Below are positions 1 to 13,200 of a DNA stretch of 64,000 bases, piece after piece. The notes under the pieces are model-generated. The model had not been told where the DNA came from and did not search any database. It worked only from the letters and a program-made list of their open reading frames with translations. The translations under genes were made by a program, and so were the position numbers. Where the stretch lies: positions 1-64,000 of the forward strand of contig JAUCBJ010003079.1 in the NCBI GenBank assembly GCA_032718475.1, given 5' to 3'. Numbering within the stretch: the first letter of the stretch is position 1; every line of letters begins with the position of its first letter. This DNA comes from Nemertoderma westbladi (lineage: Eukaryota > Animalia > Xenacoelomorpha).

Positions 1-383
1 CACGCACACCCGCCATGGTTCATTCACACACTGAATTTTGAATTTTACTAACTGTAAAATTCATTATATCTTCACATCAACAATTTGCAGAGTTTGTGTC
101 ATGTTTTTTTCACACACGAAATGAAAATTACAAAACATCTGCTAAGGGGCGTCGGAGGGGTGGTTGCGATGTGTGTGTGACTTTATAATTTTTTGCATTG
201 TATGTGTTATTTACAAATTCCCGCTTTCTGATTATTTCTGCTACTTTCTACCTTATCCAGGTATTTACCGAGTGCCGAGCTGGTGAGGTAAATATAACAA
301 AAATACATAAATAATAATAAATAAAATAAATATAAATACATAATTTGAATAATTTATAATTTATTCAAATTTATTCTAATTGG

Positions 384-865
384 CCATTTTAGGTTTATAT
401 AATATACTCCAAGCCATACTCACAAGTCTTCCTCATCTTACATACCTTGTGCGGTATTTCTGTTTTTTTACTTTATTTCCCTGATGATGCCCCTAGTGGG
501 AGAAATTAATTGGATTGTATAATAAAACAGATAGAGTCGGGCGTAAAGAAACTCCTTTATTTCTCAGTCAGTGCACGAAATGCATTGTCGCGCCCTGAAG
601 TCGGCTTGCCGTTTGATTAATAACTTTAATATGATAGATGTCTGGCTATGAGTAAAATGCAATGACTTCACATATATATGTCTTAAGTCAAATGTGAATG
701 AGCTACAAGTACGTTAAAGCACCAATATTAACATTATGTGAAGAAAACCTTTGTATTCATTCAGACTGGACCACATTGACTATTATAGGGTCTTCTCCGT
801 TTTTTCAGAATCAATATGCCTAAAATGATCTATGGCTATGAGTAAAGGGTAACAGTATAACATAA
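384..865 (+). repeat. Module A, copy 1 (482 bp; direct repeat of 40531-40950), leading into the 37-bp array
   Basis: Near-identical to 40531-40950 from CCATTTTAGG to TATAACATAA. Copy 2 lacks 754-815 (62 bp). Contains an internal repeat TGGCTATGAGTAAA (642-655, 833-846). Confidence 0.95.
478..514 (+). ncRNA. Minimal type I hammerhead-ribozyme-like motif (Penelope-type), possibly degenerate
   Basis: TCC-CTGATGA-TGCCC-CTAGT-GGGA-GAAA-TTAA-TT-GGA: core boxes CUGAUGA and GAAA, stem I TCC/GGA, stem II CCC/GGG, palindromic AATTAATT at stem III. The stem II closing pair is not the canonical G-C. Confidence 0.5.
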
Positions 866-1342
866 GGGCTATCGTCCCCAACACCCCCACTTCGTTTCTT
901 GGGGGCTATCGTCCCCAACACCCCCACTTCTTTTCTTGGGGGCTATCGTCCCCAACACCCCCACTTCTTTTCTTGGGGGCTATCGTCCCCAACACCCCCA
1001 CTTCTTTTCTTGGGGGCTATCGTCCCCAACACCCCCACTTCTTTTCGTGGGGGCTATATTCCCCAACACCCCCACTTCTTTTCTTGGGGGCTATCGTCAA
1101 CCAACACCCCCACTTCTTTTCTTGGGGGCTATCGTCCCCAACACCCCCACTTCTTTTCTTGGGGGCTATCGTCCCCAACACCCCCACTTATTTTCTTGGG
1201 GGCTATCGTCCGCAACACCCCCACTTCTTTTCTTGGGGGCTAGCGTCCCCAACACCCCCACTTCTTTTCTTGGGGGCAATCGTCCCCAACACCACCACTT
1301 ATTTTCTTGGGGGCTATCGTCCCCAACACCCCCACTTTGGGG
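866..1342 (+). repeat. 37-bp tandem array, ~13 units (GGGGGCTATCGTCCCCAACACCCCCACTTCTTTTCTT)
   Basis: Direct 37-bp periodicity. Ends in hairpin CCCCA-CTT-TGGGG (1330-1342), which abuts the 30-bp satellite. Confidence 0.98.
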
Positions 1343-3187
1343 CAAACAATTTCGGAATATTGTGACAGCCACAAACAATTGCAGTAATTTTGTCACAGCC
1401 ACAAACAAATATTGTTGCAATGTTGTGACAGCCACAAATAATTGTAGTAATTTTGTCACAACCACAAATAATTATTGTCGTAATGTTGTGAAAGCAACAA
1501 ACAATTGTCGCAATGTTGTGACAGCTAAAAACAGTTGTAGTAATTTTGTGACAGCCACAAACAATTATTGTCGCAAAGTTGTGACAGCTACAAACAATTG
1601 TCGTAATATTGTGACAGCCACAAAAAATTGCAGAAATGTTGTAACAGCTGCAAACAATTGCCAGAATGTTGTGACAGCCACAAACAATAGTCGTAGTTGT
1701 GTGATACGCACAAACAATGGAGGAATTCTGTATCAGCCACAAACAACTGAAGTGTTGCAGTCTGCCGTGCAACCGTGACAGCTACAAACAATTGTCGGAA
1801 AGTTGAGACAGCCACGTACAATTGCCGGAATGTTGTGACAGCCACAAAAAATTGTCGAAATGTTGTGACAGCCACAACAAATTGTCGCAATGTTGTGACA
1901 GCCACAAACAATTGCCGGAATGTTGTGACAGCCACAACAAATTGTCGCAATGTTGTGACAGCCACAAACAATTGTCGCAAGGTTGTGACAGCCACAAACA
2001 ATTGTCGTAATGTTGTGACAGCCACAAACAATTGTCGTAATATTGTGACAGCCGCAAAAAATTGCCAGGAATATTTTGACAGCAGAAAACAATTTTCGTA
2101 ACGTTGTGACAGCCACAAACAAATGTCGTAATATTGTAACAGCCGCAAACAATTGTCGGAATGTTGTGACAGCCACAAACAATTGTCGTAATGGTGTGAC
2201 AGCCACAAATAATTGTCGTATTGTTGTGACAGCTACAAACAATTTCCGGAATGTTGTGACAGCCACAAACAATTGTCGTAATATTGTGACAGCTACAAAC
2301 AATTGTCGTAATGTTGTGACGGCCACAAACAATTGTCCGAATATTGTGACAGCCACAAACAATTGTCGTAATGTTGCGACAGCCACAAACAATTGTCGTA
2401 ATATTGTGACAGCTACAAACAATTGTCGTAATGTTGTGACGGCCACAAACAATTGTCCGAATATTGTGACAGCCACAAACAATTGTCGTAGTGTTGTGAC
2501 AACCACAAACAATTGTCGTAATGTTGTGACGGCCACAAACAATTGTCCGAATGTTGTGACATCCACAAACAATTGTCGTAATGTTGCGACAGTCACAAAC
2601 AATTGTCGTAATATTGTGACAGCCACAAAAAATGTTCGTAATGTTGTGACGGCCACAAACAATTGTCCGAATGTTGTGACAGCCACAAACAATTGTCGTA
2701 ATGTTGCGACAGCCACAAACAATTGTCGCAATATTCTGACAGCCACAATCAATTGTCACAATGTTGTGACAGCCACAAACAATTGTCGCAATGTTGTGAC
2801 AACCACAAATAATTGTAGCAATATTGTGACAGCCTCAAACAATTGACGCAATGTAATGACAGCCACAAAGAATTGTCGTAATATTGTGACAGCTACAAAC
2901 AATTGTCGTAATATTGTGACAGCCACAATCAATTGTCACAATGTTGTGACAGCCACAAACAATTGTCGTAATGTTGCGACAGCCACAAACAATTGTCGTA
3001 ATATTGTGACAGCTACAAACAATTATCGTAATATTGTGACAGATACAAACAATTGTCGTAAAATTGTGACAGCCACAAAAATTGCAGGAATGTTGTAACA
3101 GCCACAAACAATTGCCGTAATATTAGAATTAATCTTCAAATAAACTTTTAAATTTATCATCAAAATAATATAAGTGTGTAAATTTAC

Positions 3188-3316
3188 CTCTTTATCAGCG
3201 GTGAGGTCATCGAGCAGATCAACATCGCTTATGCAGATCGGTTGCTTATCAGGAGCAGCAGAGCCACCCAATATCAACGGAATATTATCCGTTATGTCGT
3301 CAATTTCTTCGTTAAA
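3188..3316 (-). CDS. Cassette 1: putative 129-bp phase 0-0 exon, FNEEIDDITDNIPLILGGSAAPDKQPICISDVDLLDDLTADKE
   Basis: Acceptor TTTTTCTAG| at 3317 and donor GAG|GTAAAT at 3187. Open 43-codon frame. Upstream 83-bp intron 3317-3399 starts GTAAGA directly after ACCATG (ATG at 3402-3400). No homology recognised. Confidence 0.5.
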
Positions 3317-5946
3317 CTAGAAAAATTATAGATACATTGGATTGTGTTAATAAACAATGCTTGCAGGTTTGCAAAAAGTAACTCTTGCAAACCTCTTACC
3401 ATGGTAGTTTCACACACAAAATCTCACAGCTAAAACTAACTGTGTTGGGACACTAGCAAAATTTTCCGAATATTGTGACAGCCACAATCAATTGTAGTAA
3501 TTTTGTGACAGCCACAAACAATTGTCTGAATGTTGTGACAGCCACAAACATTTGTCGCAATGTTGGGACTGCCGCAAACAATTGTCCGAATGTTGTGACA
3601 GCCACAAACAATTGTCGCAATGTTGTAACAGCCACAAACAATTGTCGTAATGTTGTGACAGCCACAAACAATTGTCCGAATGTTGTGACAGCCACAAACA
3701 ATTGTCGTAATGTTGTGACAGCCACAAACAATTGTAGTAATGTTGTGACAGCCACAAGCAATTGTCGCAATATTGTGACAGCCACAAACAATTGTCGCAA
3801 TATTATGACAGCTACAAATAATTTTCGTAATGTTGTGACAGTCACAAACAATTTCAGAATGTTGTGACAGCCGCAAACAATTGCCAGAATGTTATGACAG
3901 CCACAAACAATAGTCGTAGTTTTGTGATACGCACAAACAATGGAGAAATTCTGTATCAGCCACACACAACTGCTGTGTTGCAGTATGCCGTGCAACCGGG
4001 ACAGCTACAAACAATTTTCGTAATGTTGAGACAGCCACAAACAATTGTCGCAATGTTGTGACAGCTACAAACAATTTTCGTAATGTTTTAAAAGCCACAA
4101 ACAATTGTCGTAATGTTGTGACAGCCACAAACAATTGTCGTAATGTTGTGACAGCCACAAACAATTGTCTCAAAATTGTGACAGCCACAAACAATTGTCG
4201 CAATATTGTGACAGCCACAAAAAATTGTCGTAATGTCGTGACAGTCACAAACAATTTCAGAATGTTGTGACAGCCGCAAACAATTGTCAGAATGTTATGA
4301 CAGCCACAAACAATAGTCGTAGTTTTGTGATACGCACAAACAATGGAGAAATTCTGTATCAGCCACGAACAACTGCTGTGTTGCAGTATGCCGTGCAACC
4401 GGGACAGCTACAAACAATTTTCGTAATGTTGAGACAGCCACAAACAATTGTCGCAATTTTGTGACAGCTACAAACAATTTTCGTAATGTTGAGACAGCCA
4501 CAAACAATTGTCGCAATGTTGTGACAGCTACAAACAATTTTCGTAATGTTTTGAATGCCACAAACAATTGTCGTAATGTTGTGACAGCCACAAACAATTG
4601 TCGTAATGTTGTGACAGCCACAAATAATTGTCTCAAAATTGTGACAGCCACAAACAATTGTCGCAATATTGTGACAGCCACAAAAAATTGTCGTAATGTT
4701 GTGACAGCCACAAACAATTGTCGTAATGTTGTGACAGCCACAAATAATTGTCGTAATGTTGTGACAGCCACAAATAATTGTCTCAAAATTGTGACAGCCG
4801 CAAACAATTGTCAGAATGTTATGACAGCCACAAACAATAGACGTAGTTTTGTGATACGCACAAACAATGAAGAAATTCTGTATCAGCCACCAACAACTGC
4901 TGTGTTGCAGTATGCCGTGCAACCGGGACAGCTACAAACAATTTTCGTAATGTTGAGACAGCCACAAACAATTGTCGCAATGTTGTGACAGCTACAAACA
5001 ATTTTCGTAATGTTGAGACAGCCACAAACAATTGTCGCAATGTTGTGACAGCTACAAACAATTTTCGTAATGTTTTGAAAGCCACAAACAATTGTCTCAA
5101 TATTGTGACAGCCACAAACAATTGTCGCAATATTGTGACAGCCACAAAAAATTGTCGTAATGTTGTGACAGTCACAAACAATAGTCGCAATATTGTGACA
5201 GCCACAAACAATTGTAGCAATATTGTGACAACCACAAACAATTGTCGTAATGTTGTGACAGCCACAAACAATTGTCCGAATGTTGTGACAGCCACAAACA
5301 ATTGTCGTAATGTTGCGACAGTCACAAACAATTGTCGTAATATTGTGACAGCCACAAAAAATTGTCGTAATGTTGTGACGGCCACAAACAATTGTCCGAA
5401 TGTTGTGACAGCCACAAACAATTGTCGTAATGTTGCGACAGCCACAAACAATTGTCACAATATTCTGACAGCCACAATCAATTGTCACAATGTTGTGACA
5501 GCCACAAACAATTGTCGCAATGTTGTGACAACCACAAACAATTGTAGCAATATTGTGACAACCTCAAACAATTGACGCAATGTAATGACAGCCACAAAGA
5601 ATTGTCGTAATATTGTGACAGCTACAAACAATTGTCGTAATATTGTGACAGCCACAATCAATTGTCTCAATGTTGTGACAGCCACAAACAATTGTCGTAA
5701 TGTTGCGACAGCCACAAACAATTGTCGTAATATTGTGACAGCTACAAACAATTGTCGTAATATTGTGACAGCTACAAACGATTGTCGTAATATTGTGACA
5801 GCTACAAACAATTGTCGTAATATTGTGACAGCCACAAAAATTGCAGGAATGTTGTAACAGCCACAAACAATTGCCGTAATATTAGAATTAATCTTCAAAT
5901 AAACTTTTAAATTTATCATCAAAATAATATAAGTGTGTAAATTTAC

Positions 5947-6075
5947 CTCTTTATCAGCGGTGAGGTCATCGAGCAGATCAACATCGCTTATGCAGATCGG
6001 TTGCTTATCAGGAGCAGCAGAGCCACCCAATATCAACGGAATATTATCCGTTATGTCGTCAATTTCTTCGTTAAA
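5947..6075 (-). CDS. Cassette 2 putative 129-bp exon
   Basis: Same splice signals and open frame as cassette 1. Confidence 0.45.
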
Positions 6076-8707
6076 CTAGAAAAAATATAGATACATTGGA
6101 TTGTGTTAATAAACAATGCTTGCAGGTTTGCAAAAAGTAACTCTTGCAAACCTCTTACCATGGTAGTTTCACACACAAAATGTCACAGCTAAAACTAACT
6201 GTGTAGGGACACTAACAAAATTTTCCGAATATTATGACAGCCACAATCAATTGTAGTAATTTTGTGACAGCCACAAACAATTGTCTGAATGTTGTGACAG
6301 CCACAAACATTTGTCGCAATGTTGGGACTGCCACAAACAATTGTCCGAATGTTGTGACAGCCACAAACAATTGTCGCAATGTTGTAACAGCCACAAACAA
6401 TTGTCGTAATGTTGTGACAGCCACAAACAATTGTCCGAATGTTGTGACAGCCACAAACAATTGTCGTAATGTTGTGACAGCCACAAACAATTGTAGTAAT
6501 GTTGTGACAGCCACAAGCAATTGTCGCAATATTGTGACAGCCACAAACAATTGTCGCAATATTATGACAGCTACAAATAATTGTCGTAATGTTGTGACAG
6601 TCACAAACAATTGCCAGAATGTTATGACAGCCACAAACAATAGTCGTAGTTTTGTGATACGCACAAACAATGGAGAAATTCTTTATCAGCCACGAACAAC
6701 TGCTGTGTTGCAGTATGCCGTGCAACCGGGACAGCTACAAACAATTTTCGTAATGTTGAGACAGCCACAAACAATTGTCGCAATGTTGTGACAGCTACAA
6801 ACAATTTTCGTAATGTTGAGACAGCCACAAACAATTGTCGCAATGTTGTGACAGCTACAAACAATTTTCGTAATGTTTTGAAAGCCACAAACAATTGTCG
6901 TAATGTTGTGACAGCCACAAACAATTGTCGTAATGTTGTGACAGCCACAAACAATTGTCGTAATATTGTGACAGCTACAAACAATTGTCGTAATGTTGTG
7001 ACAGCAATAAACAATTGTCTCAATATTGTGACAGCCACAAACAATTGTCGCAATATTGTGACAGCCACAAAAAATTGTCGTAATGTTGTGACAGTCACGA
7101 ACAATTGTCGCAATATTGTGACAGCCACAAACAATTGTAGGAATATTGTAACAGCTACAAAAATTGTCGTAATGTTGGGACTGCCACAAACAATTGTCCG
7201 AATGTTGTGACAGCCACAAACAATTGTCGCAATGTTGTAACAGCCACAAACAATTGTCGTAATGTTGTGACAGCCACAAACAATTGTCCGAATGTTGTGA
7301 CAGCCACAAACAATTGTCGTAATGTTGTGACAGCCACAAACAATGGTAGTAATGTTGTGACAGCCACAAGCAATTGTCGCAATATTGTGACAGCCACAAA
7401 CAATTGTCGCAATATTATGACAGCCACAAATAATTGTCGCAATGTTGTGACAGCTACAAACAATTTTCGTAATGTTGAGACAGCCACAAACAATTGTCGC
7501 AATGTTGTGACAGCTACAAACAATTTTCGTAATGTTTTGAAAGCCACAAACAATTGTCGTAATGTTGTGACAGCCACATACAATTGTCGTAATGTTATGA
7601 CAGCCACAAACAATTGTCTCAATATTGTGACAGCCACAAACAATTGTCGCAATATTGTGACAGCCACAAAAAATTGTCGTAATGTTGTGACAGTCACAAA
7701 CAATTGTCGCAATATTGTGACAGCCACAAACAATTGTAGCAATATTGTGACAACCACAAACAATTGTCGTAATGTTGTGACGGCCACAAACAATTGTCCG
7801 AATGTTGTGACAGCCACAAACAATTGTCGTAATGTTGCGACAGTCGCAAACAATTGTCGTAATATTGTGACAGCCACAAAAAATTGTCGTAACGTTGTGA
7901 CGGCCACAAACAATTGTCCGAATGTTGTGACAGCCACAAACAATTGTCGTAATGTTGCGACAGCCACAAACAATTGTCGCAATATTCTGACAGCCACAAT
8001 CAATTGTCACAATGTTGTGACAGCCACAAACAATTGTCGCAATGTTGTGACAACCACAAACAATTGTAGCAATATTGTGACAGCCTCAAACAATTGACGC
8101 AATGTAATGACAGCCACAAAGAATTGTCGTAATATTGTGACAGCTACAAACAATTGTCGTAATATTGTGACAGCCACAATCAATTGTCACAATGTTGTGA
8201 CAGCCACAAACAATTGTCGTAATGTTGCGACAGCCACAAACAATTGTCGTAATATTGTGACAGCTACAAACAATTGTCGTAATATTGTGACAGCTACAAA
8301 CAATTGTCGTAATATTGTGACAGCCACAAAAATTGCAGGAATGTTGTAACAGCCACAAACAATTGCCGTAATATTGTGACAGCTACAAACAATTGTCGTA
8401 ATATTGTGACAGCTACAATCAATTGTCGTAATATTGTGACAGCCAGAATCAATTGTCACAATGTTGTGACAGCCACAAACAATTGTCGTAATGTTGCGAC
8501 AGCCACAAACAATTGTCGTAATATTGTGACAGCTACAAACAATTGTCGTAATATTGTGACAGATACAAACAATTGTCGTAATATTGTGACAGCCACAAAA
8601 ATTGCAGGAATGTTGTAACAGCCACAAACAATTGCCGTAATATTAGAATTAATCTTCAAATAAACTTTTAAATTTATCATCAAAATAATATAAGTGTGTA
8701 AATTTAC

Positions 8708-8836
8708 CTCTTTATCAGCGGTGAGGTCATCGAGCAGATCAACATCGCTTATGCAGATCGGTTGCTTATCAGGAGCAGCAGAGCCTCCCAATATCAACGG
8801 AATATTATCCGTTATGTCGTCAATTTCTTCGTTAAA
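8708..8836 (-). CDS. Cassette 3 putative 129-bp exon
   Basis: Same signals; synonymous GGT>GGA change. Confidence 0.45.
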
Positions 8837-10106
8837 CTAGAAAAAATATAGATACATTGGATTGTGTTAATAAACAATGCTTGCAGGTTTGCAAAAAGTA
8901 ACTCTTGCAAACCTCTTACCATGGTAGTTTCACACACAAAATCTCACAGCTAAAACTAACTGTGTTGGGACACTAACAAAATTTTCCGAATATTGTGACA
9001 GCCACAATCAATTGTAGTAATTTTGTGACAGCCACAAACAATTGTCTGAATGTTGTGACAGCCACAAACATTTGTCGCAATGTTGGGACTGCCACAAACA
9101 ATTGTCCGAATGTTGTGACAGCCACAAACAATTGTCGCAATGTTGTAACAGCCACAAACAATTGTCGTAATGTTGTGACAGCCACAATCAATTGTAGTAA
9201 TTTTGTGACAGCCACAAACAATTGTCTGAATGTTGTGACAGCCACAAACATTTGTCGCAATGTTGGGACTGCCACAAACAATTGTCCGAATGTTGTGACA
9301 GCCACAAACAATTGTCGCAATGTTGTAACAGCCACAAACAATTGTCGTAATGTTGTGACAGTCACAAACAATAGTCGCAATATTGTGACAGCCACAAACA
9401 ATTGTAGCAATATTGTGACAACCACAAACAATTGTCGTAATGTTGTGACAGCCACAAACAATTGTCCGAATGTTGTGACAGCCACAAACAATTGTCGTAA
9501 TGTTGCGACAGTCACAAACAATTGTCGTAATATTGTGACAGCCACGAAAAATTGTCGTAATGTTGTGACGGCCACAAACAATTGTCCGAATGTTGTGACA
9601 GCCACAAATAATTGTCGTAATGTTGCGACAGCCACAAACAATTGTCACAATATTCTGACAGCCACAATCAATTGTCACAATGTTGTGACAGCCACAAACA
9701 ATTGTCGCAATGTTGTGACAACCACAAACAATTGTAGCAATATTGTGACAACCTCAAACAATTGACGCAATGTAATGACAGCCACAAAGAATTGTCGTAA
9801 TATTGTGACAGCTACAAACAATTGTCGTAATATTGTGACAGCCACAAACAATTGTCCGAATGTTGTGACAGCCACAAACAATTGTCGTAATGTTGCGACA
9901 GCCACATACAATTGTCGTAATATTGTGACAGCTACAAACAATTGTCGTAATATTGTGACAGATACAAACAATTGTCGTAATATTGTGACAGCCACAAAAA
10001 TTGCAGGAATGTTGTAACAGCCACAAACAATTGCCGTAATATTAGAATTAATCTTCAAATAAACTTTTAAATTTATCATCAAAATAATATAAGTGTGTAA
10101 ATTTAC

Positions 10107-10235
10107 CTCTTTATCAGCGGTGAGGTCATCGAGCAGATCAACATCGCTTATGCAGATCGGTTGCTTATCAGGAGCAGCAGAGCCACCCAATATCAACGGA
10201 ATATTATCCGTTATGTCGTCAATTTCTTCGTTAAA
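10107..10235 (-). CDS. Cassette 4 putative 129-bp exon
   Basis: Same signals and frame. Confidence 0.45.
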
Positions 10236-13200
10236 CTAGAAAAAATATAGATACATTGGATTGTGTTAATAAACAATGCTTGCAGGTTTGCAAAAAGTAA
10301 CTCTTGCAAACCTCTTACCATGGTAGTTTCACACACAAAATCTCACAGCTAAAACTAACTGTGTTGGGACACTAACAAAATTTTCCGAATATTGTGACAG
10401 CCACAATCAATTGTAGTAATTTTGTGACAGCCACAAACAATTGTCTGAATGTTGTGACAGCCACAAACATTTGTCGCAATGTTGGGACTGCCACAAACAA
10501 TTGTCCGAATGTTGTGACAGCCACAAACAATTGTCGCAATGTTGTAACAGCCACAAACAATTGTCGTAATGTTGTGACAGCCACAAACAATTGTCCGAAT
10601 GTTGTGACAGCCACAAACAATTGTCGTAATGTTGTGACAGCCACAAACAATTGTAGTAATGTTGTGACAGCCACAAGCAATTGTCGCAATATTGTGACAG
10701 CCACAAACAATTGTCGCAATATTATGACAGATACAAATAATTGTCGTAATGTTGTGACAGTCACAAACAATTGCCAGAATGTTATGACAGCCACAAACAA
10801 TAGTCGTAGTTTTGTGATACGCACAAACAATGGAGAAATTCTTTATCAGCCACGAACAACTGCTGTGTTGCAGTATGCCGTGCAACCGGGACAGCTACAA
10901 ACAATTTTCGTAATGTTGAGACAGCCACACACAATTGTCGCAATGTTGTGACAGCTACAAACAATTTTCGTAATGTTGAGACAGCCACAAACAATTGTCG
11001 CAATGTTGTGACAGCTACAAACAATTTTCGTAATGTTTTGAAAGCCACAAACAATTGTCGTAATGTTGTGACAGCCACAAACAATTGTCGTAATGTTGTG
11101 ACAGCCACAAACAATTGTCGTAATATTGTGACAGCTACAAACAATTGTCGTAATGTTGTGACAGCAATAAACAATTGTCTCAATATTGTGACAGCCACAA
11201 ACAATTGTCGCAATATTGTGACAGCCACAAAAAATTGTCGTAATGTTGTGACAGTCACGAACAATTGTCGCAATATTGTGACAGCCACAAACAATTGTAG
11301 GAATATTGTAACAGCTACAAAAATTGTCGTAATGTTGGGACTGCCACAAACAATTGTCCGAATGTTGTGACAGCCACAAACAATTGTCGCAATGTTGTAA
11401 CAGCCACAAACAATTGTCGTAATGTTGTGACAGCCACAAACAATTGTCCGAATGTTGTGACAGCCACAAACAATTGTCGTAATGTTGTGACAGCCAAACA
11501 ATGGTAGTAATGTTGTGACAGCCACAAGCAATTGTCGCAATATTGTGACAGCCACAAACAATTGTCGCAATATTATGACAGCCACAAATAATTGTCGCAA
11601 TGTTGTGACAGCTACAAACAATTTTCGTAATGTTGAGACAGCCACAAACAATTGTCGCAATGTTGTGACAGCTACAAACAATTTTCGTAATGTTGAGACA
11701 GCCACAAACAATTGTCGCAATGTTGTGACAGCTACAAACAATTTTCGTAATGTTTTGAAAGCCACAAACAATTGTCGTAATGTTGTGACAGCCACAAACA
11801 ATTGTCGTAATGTTGTGACAGCCACAAACAATTGTCGTAATATTGTGACAGCTACAAACAATTGTCGTAATGTTGTGACAGCAATAAACAATTGTCTCAA
11901 TATTGTGACAGCCACAAACAATTGTCGCAATATTGTGACAGCCACAAAAAATTGTCGTAATGTTGTGACAGTCACGAACAATTGTCGCAATATTGTGACA
12001 GCCACAAACAATTGTAGGAATATTGTAACAGCTACAAAAATTGTCGTAATGTTGGGACTGCCACAAACAATTGTCCGAATGTTGTGACAGCCACAAACAA
12101 TTGTCGCAATGTTGTAACAGCCACAAACAATTGTCGTAATGTTGTGACAGCCACAAACAATTGTCCGAATGTTGTGACAGCCACAAACAATTGTCGTAAT
12201 GTTGTGACAGCCACAAACAATGGTAGTAATGTTGTGACAGCCACAAGCAATTGTCGCAATATTGTGACAGCCACAAACAATTGTCGCAATATTATGACAG
12301 CCACAAATAATTGTCGCAATGTTGTGACAGCTACAAACAATTTTCGTAATGTTGAGACAGCCACAAACAATTGTCGCAATGTTGTAACAGCCACAAACAA
12401 TTGTCGTAATGTTGTGACAGCCACAAACAATTGTCCGAATGTTGTGACAGCCACAAACAATTGTCGTAATGTTGTGACAGCCACAAACAATTGTAGTAAT
12501 GTTGTGACAGCCACAAGCAATTGTCGCAATATTGTGACAGCCACAAACAATTGTCGCAATATTATGACAGATACAAATAATTGTCGTAATGTTGTGACAG
12601 TCACAAACAATTGCCAGAATGTTATGACAGCCACAAACAATAGTCGTAGTTTTGTGATACGCACAAACAATGGAGAAATTCTTTATCAGCCACGAACAAC
12701 TGCTGTGTTGCAGTATGCCGTGCAACCGGGACAGCTACAAACAATTTTCGTAATGTTGAGACAGCCACACACAATTGTCGCAATGTTGTGACAGCTACAA
12801 ACAATTTTCGTAATGTTGAGACAGCCACAAACAATTGTCGCAATGTTGTGACAGCTACAAACAATTTTCGTAATGTTTTGAAAGCCACAAACAATTGTCG
12901 TAATGTTGTGACAGCCACAAACAATTGTCGTAATGTTGTGACAGCCACAAACAATTGTCGTAATATTGTGACAGCTACAAACAATTGTCGTAATGTTGTG
13001 ACAGCAATAAACAATTGTCTCAATATTGTGACAGCCACAAACAATTGTCGCAATATTGTGACAGCCACAAAAAATTGTCGTAATGTTGTGACAGTCACGA
13101 ACAATTGTCGCAATATTGTGACAGCCACAAACAATTGTAGGAATATTGTAACAGCTACAAAAATTGTCGTAATGTTGGGACTGCCACAAACAATTGTCCG

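Noticed and set aside
261-293. Stem-loop TATTTACC...GGTAAATA near the window start
   Set aside because: Could be the end of another small element, but it is single-copy here and too short to support a call.
3400-3429. 30-bp coding micro-exon upstream of each cassette intron (TTTTAG|CTG...ATG|GT)
   Set aside because: Contains an in-frame TGA/TAA in the phase needed to join the 129-bp exon. It works only as a 5' UTR plus start codon.
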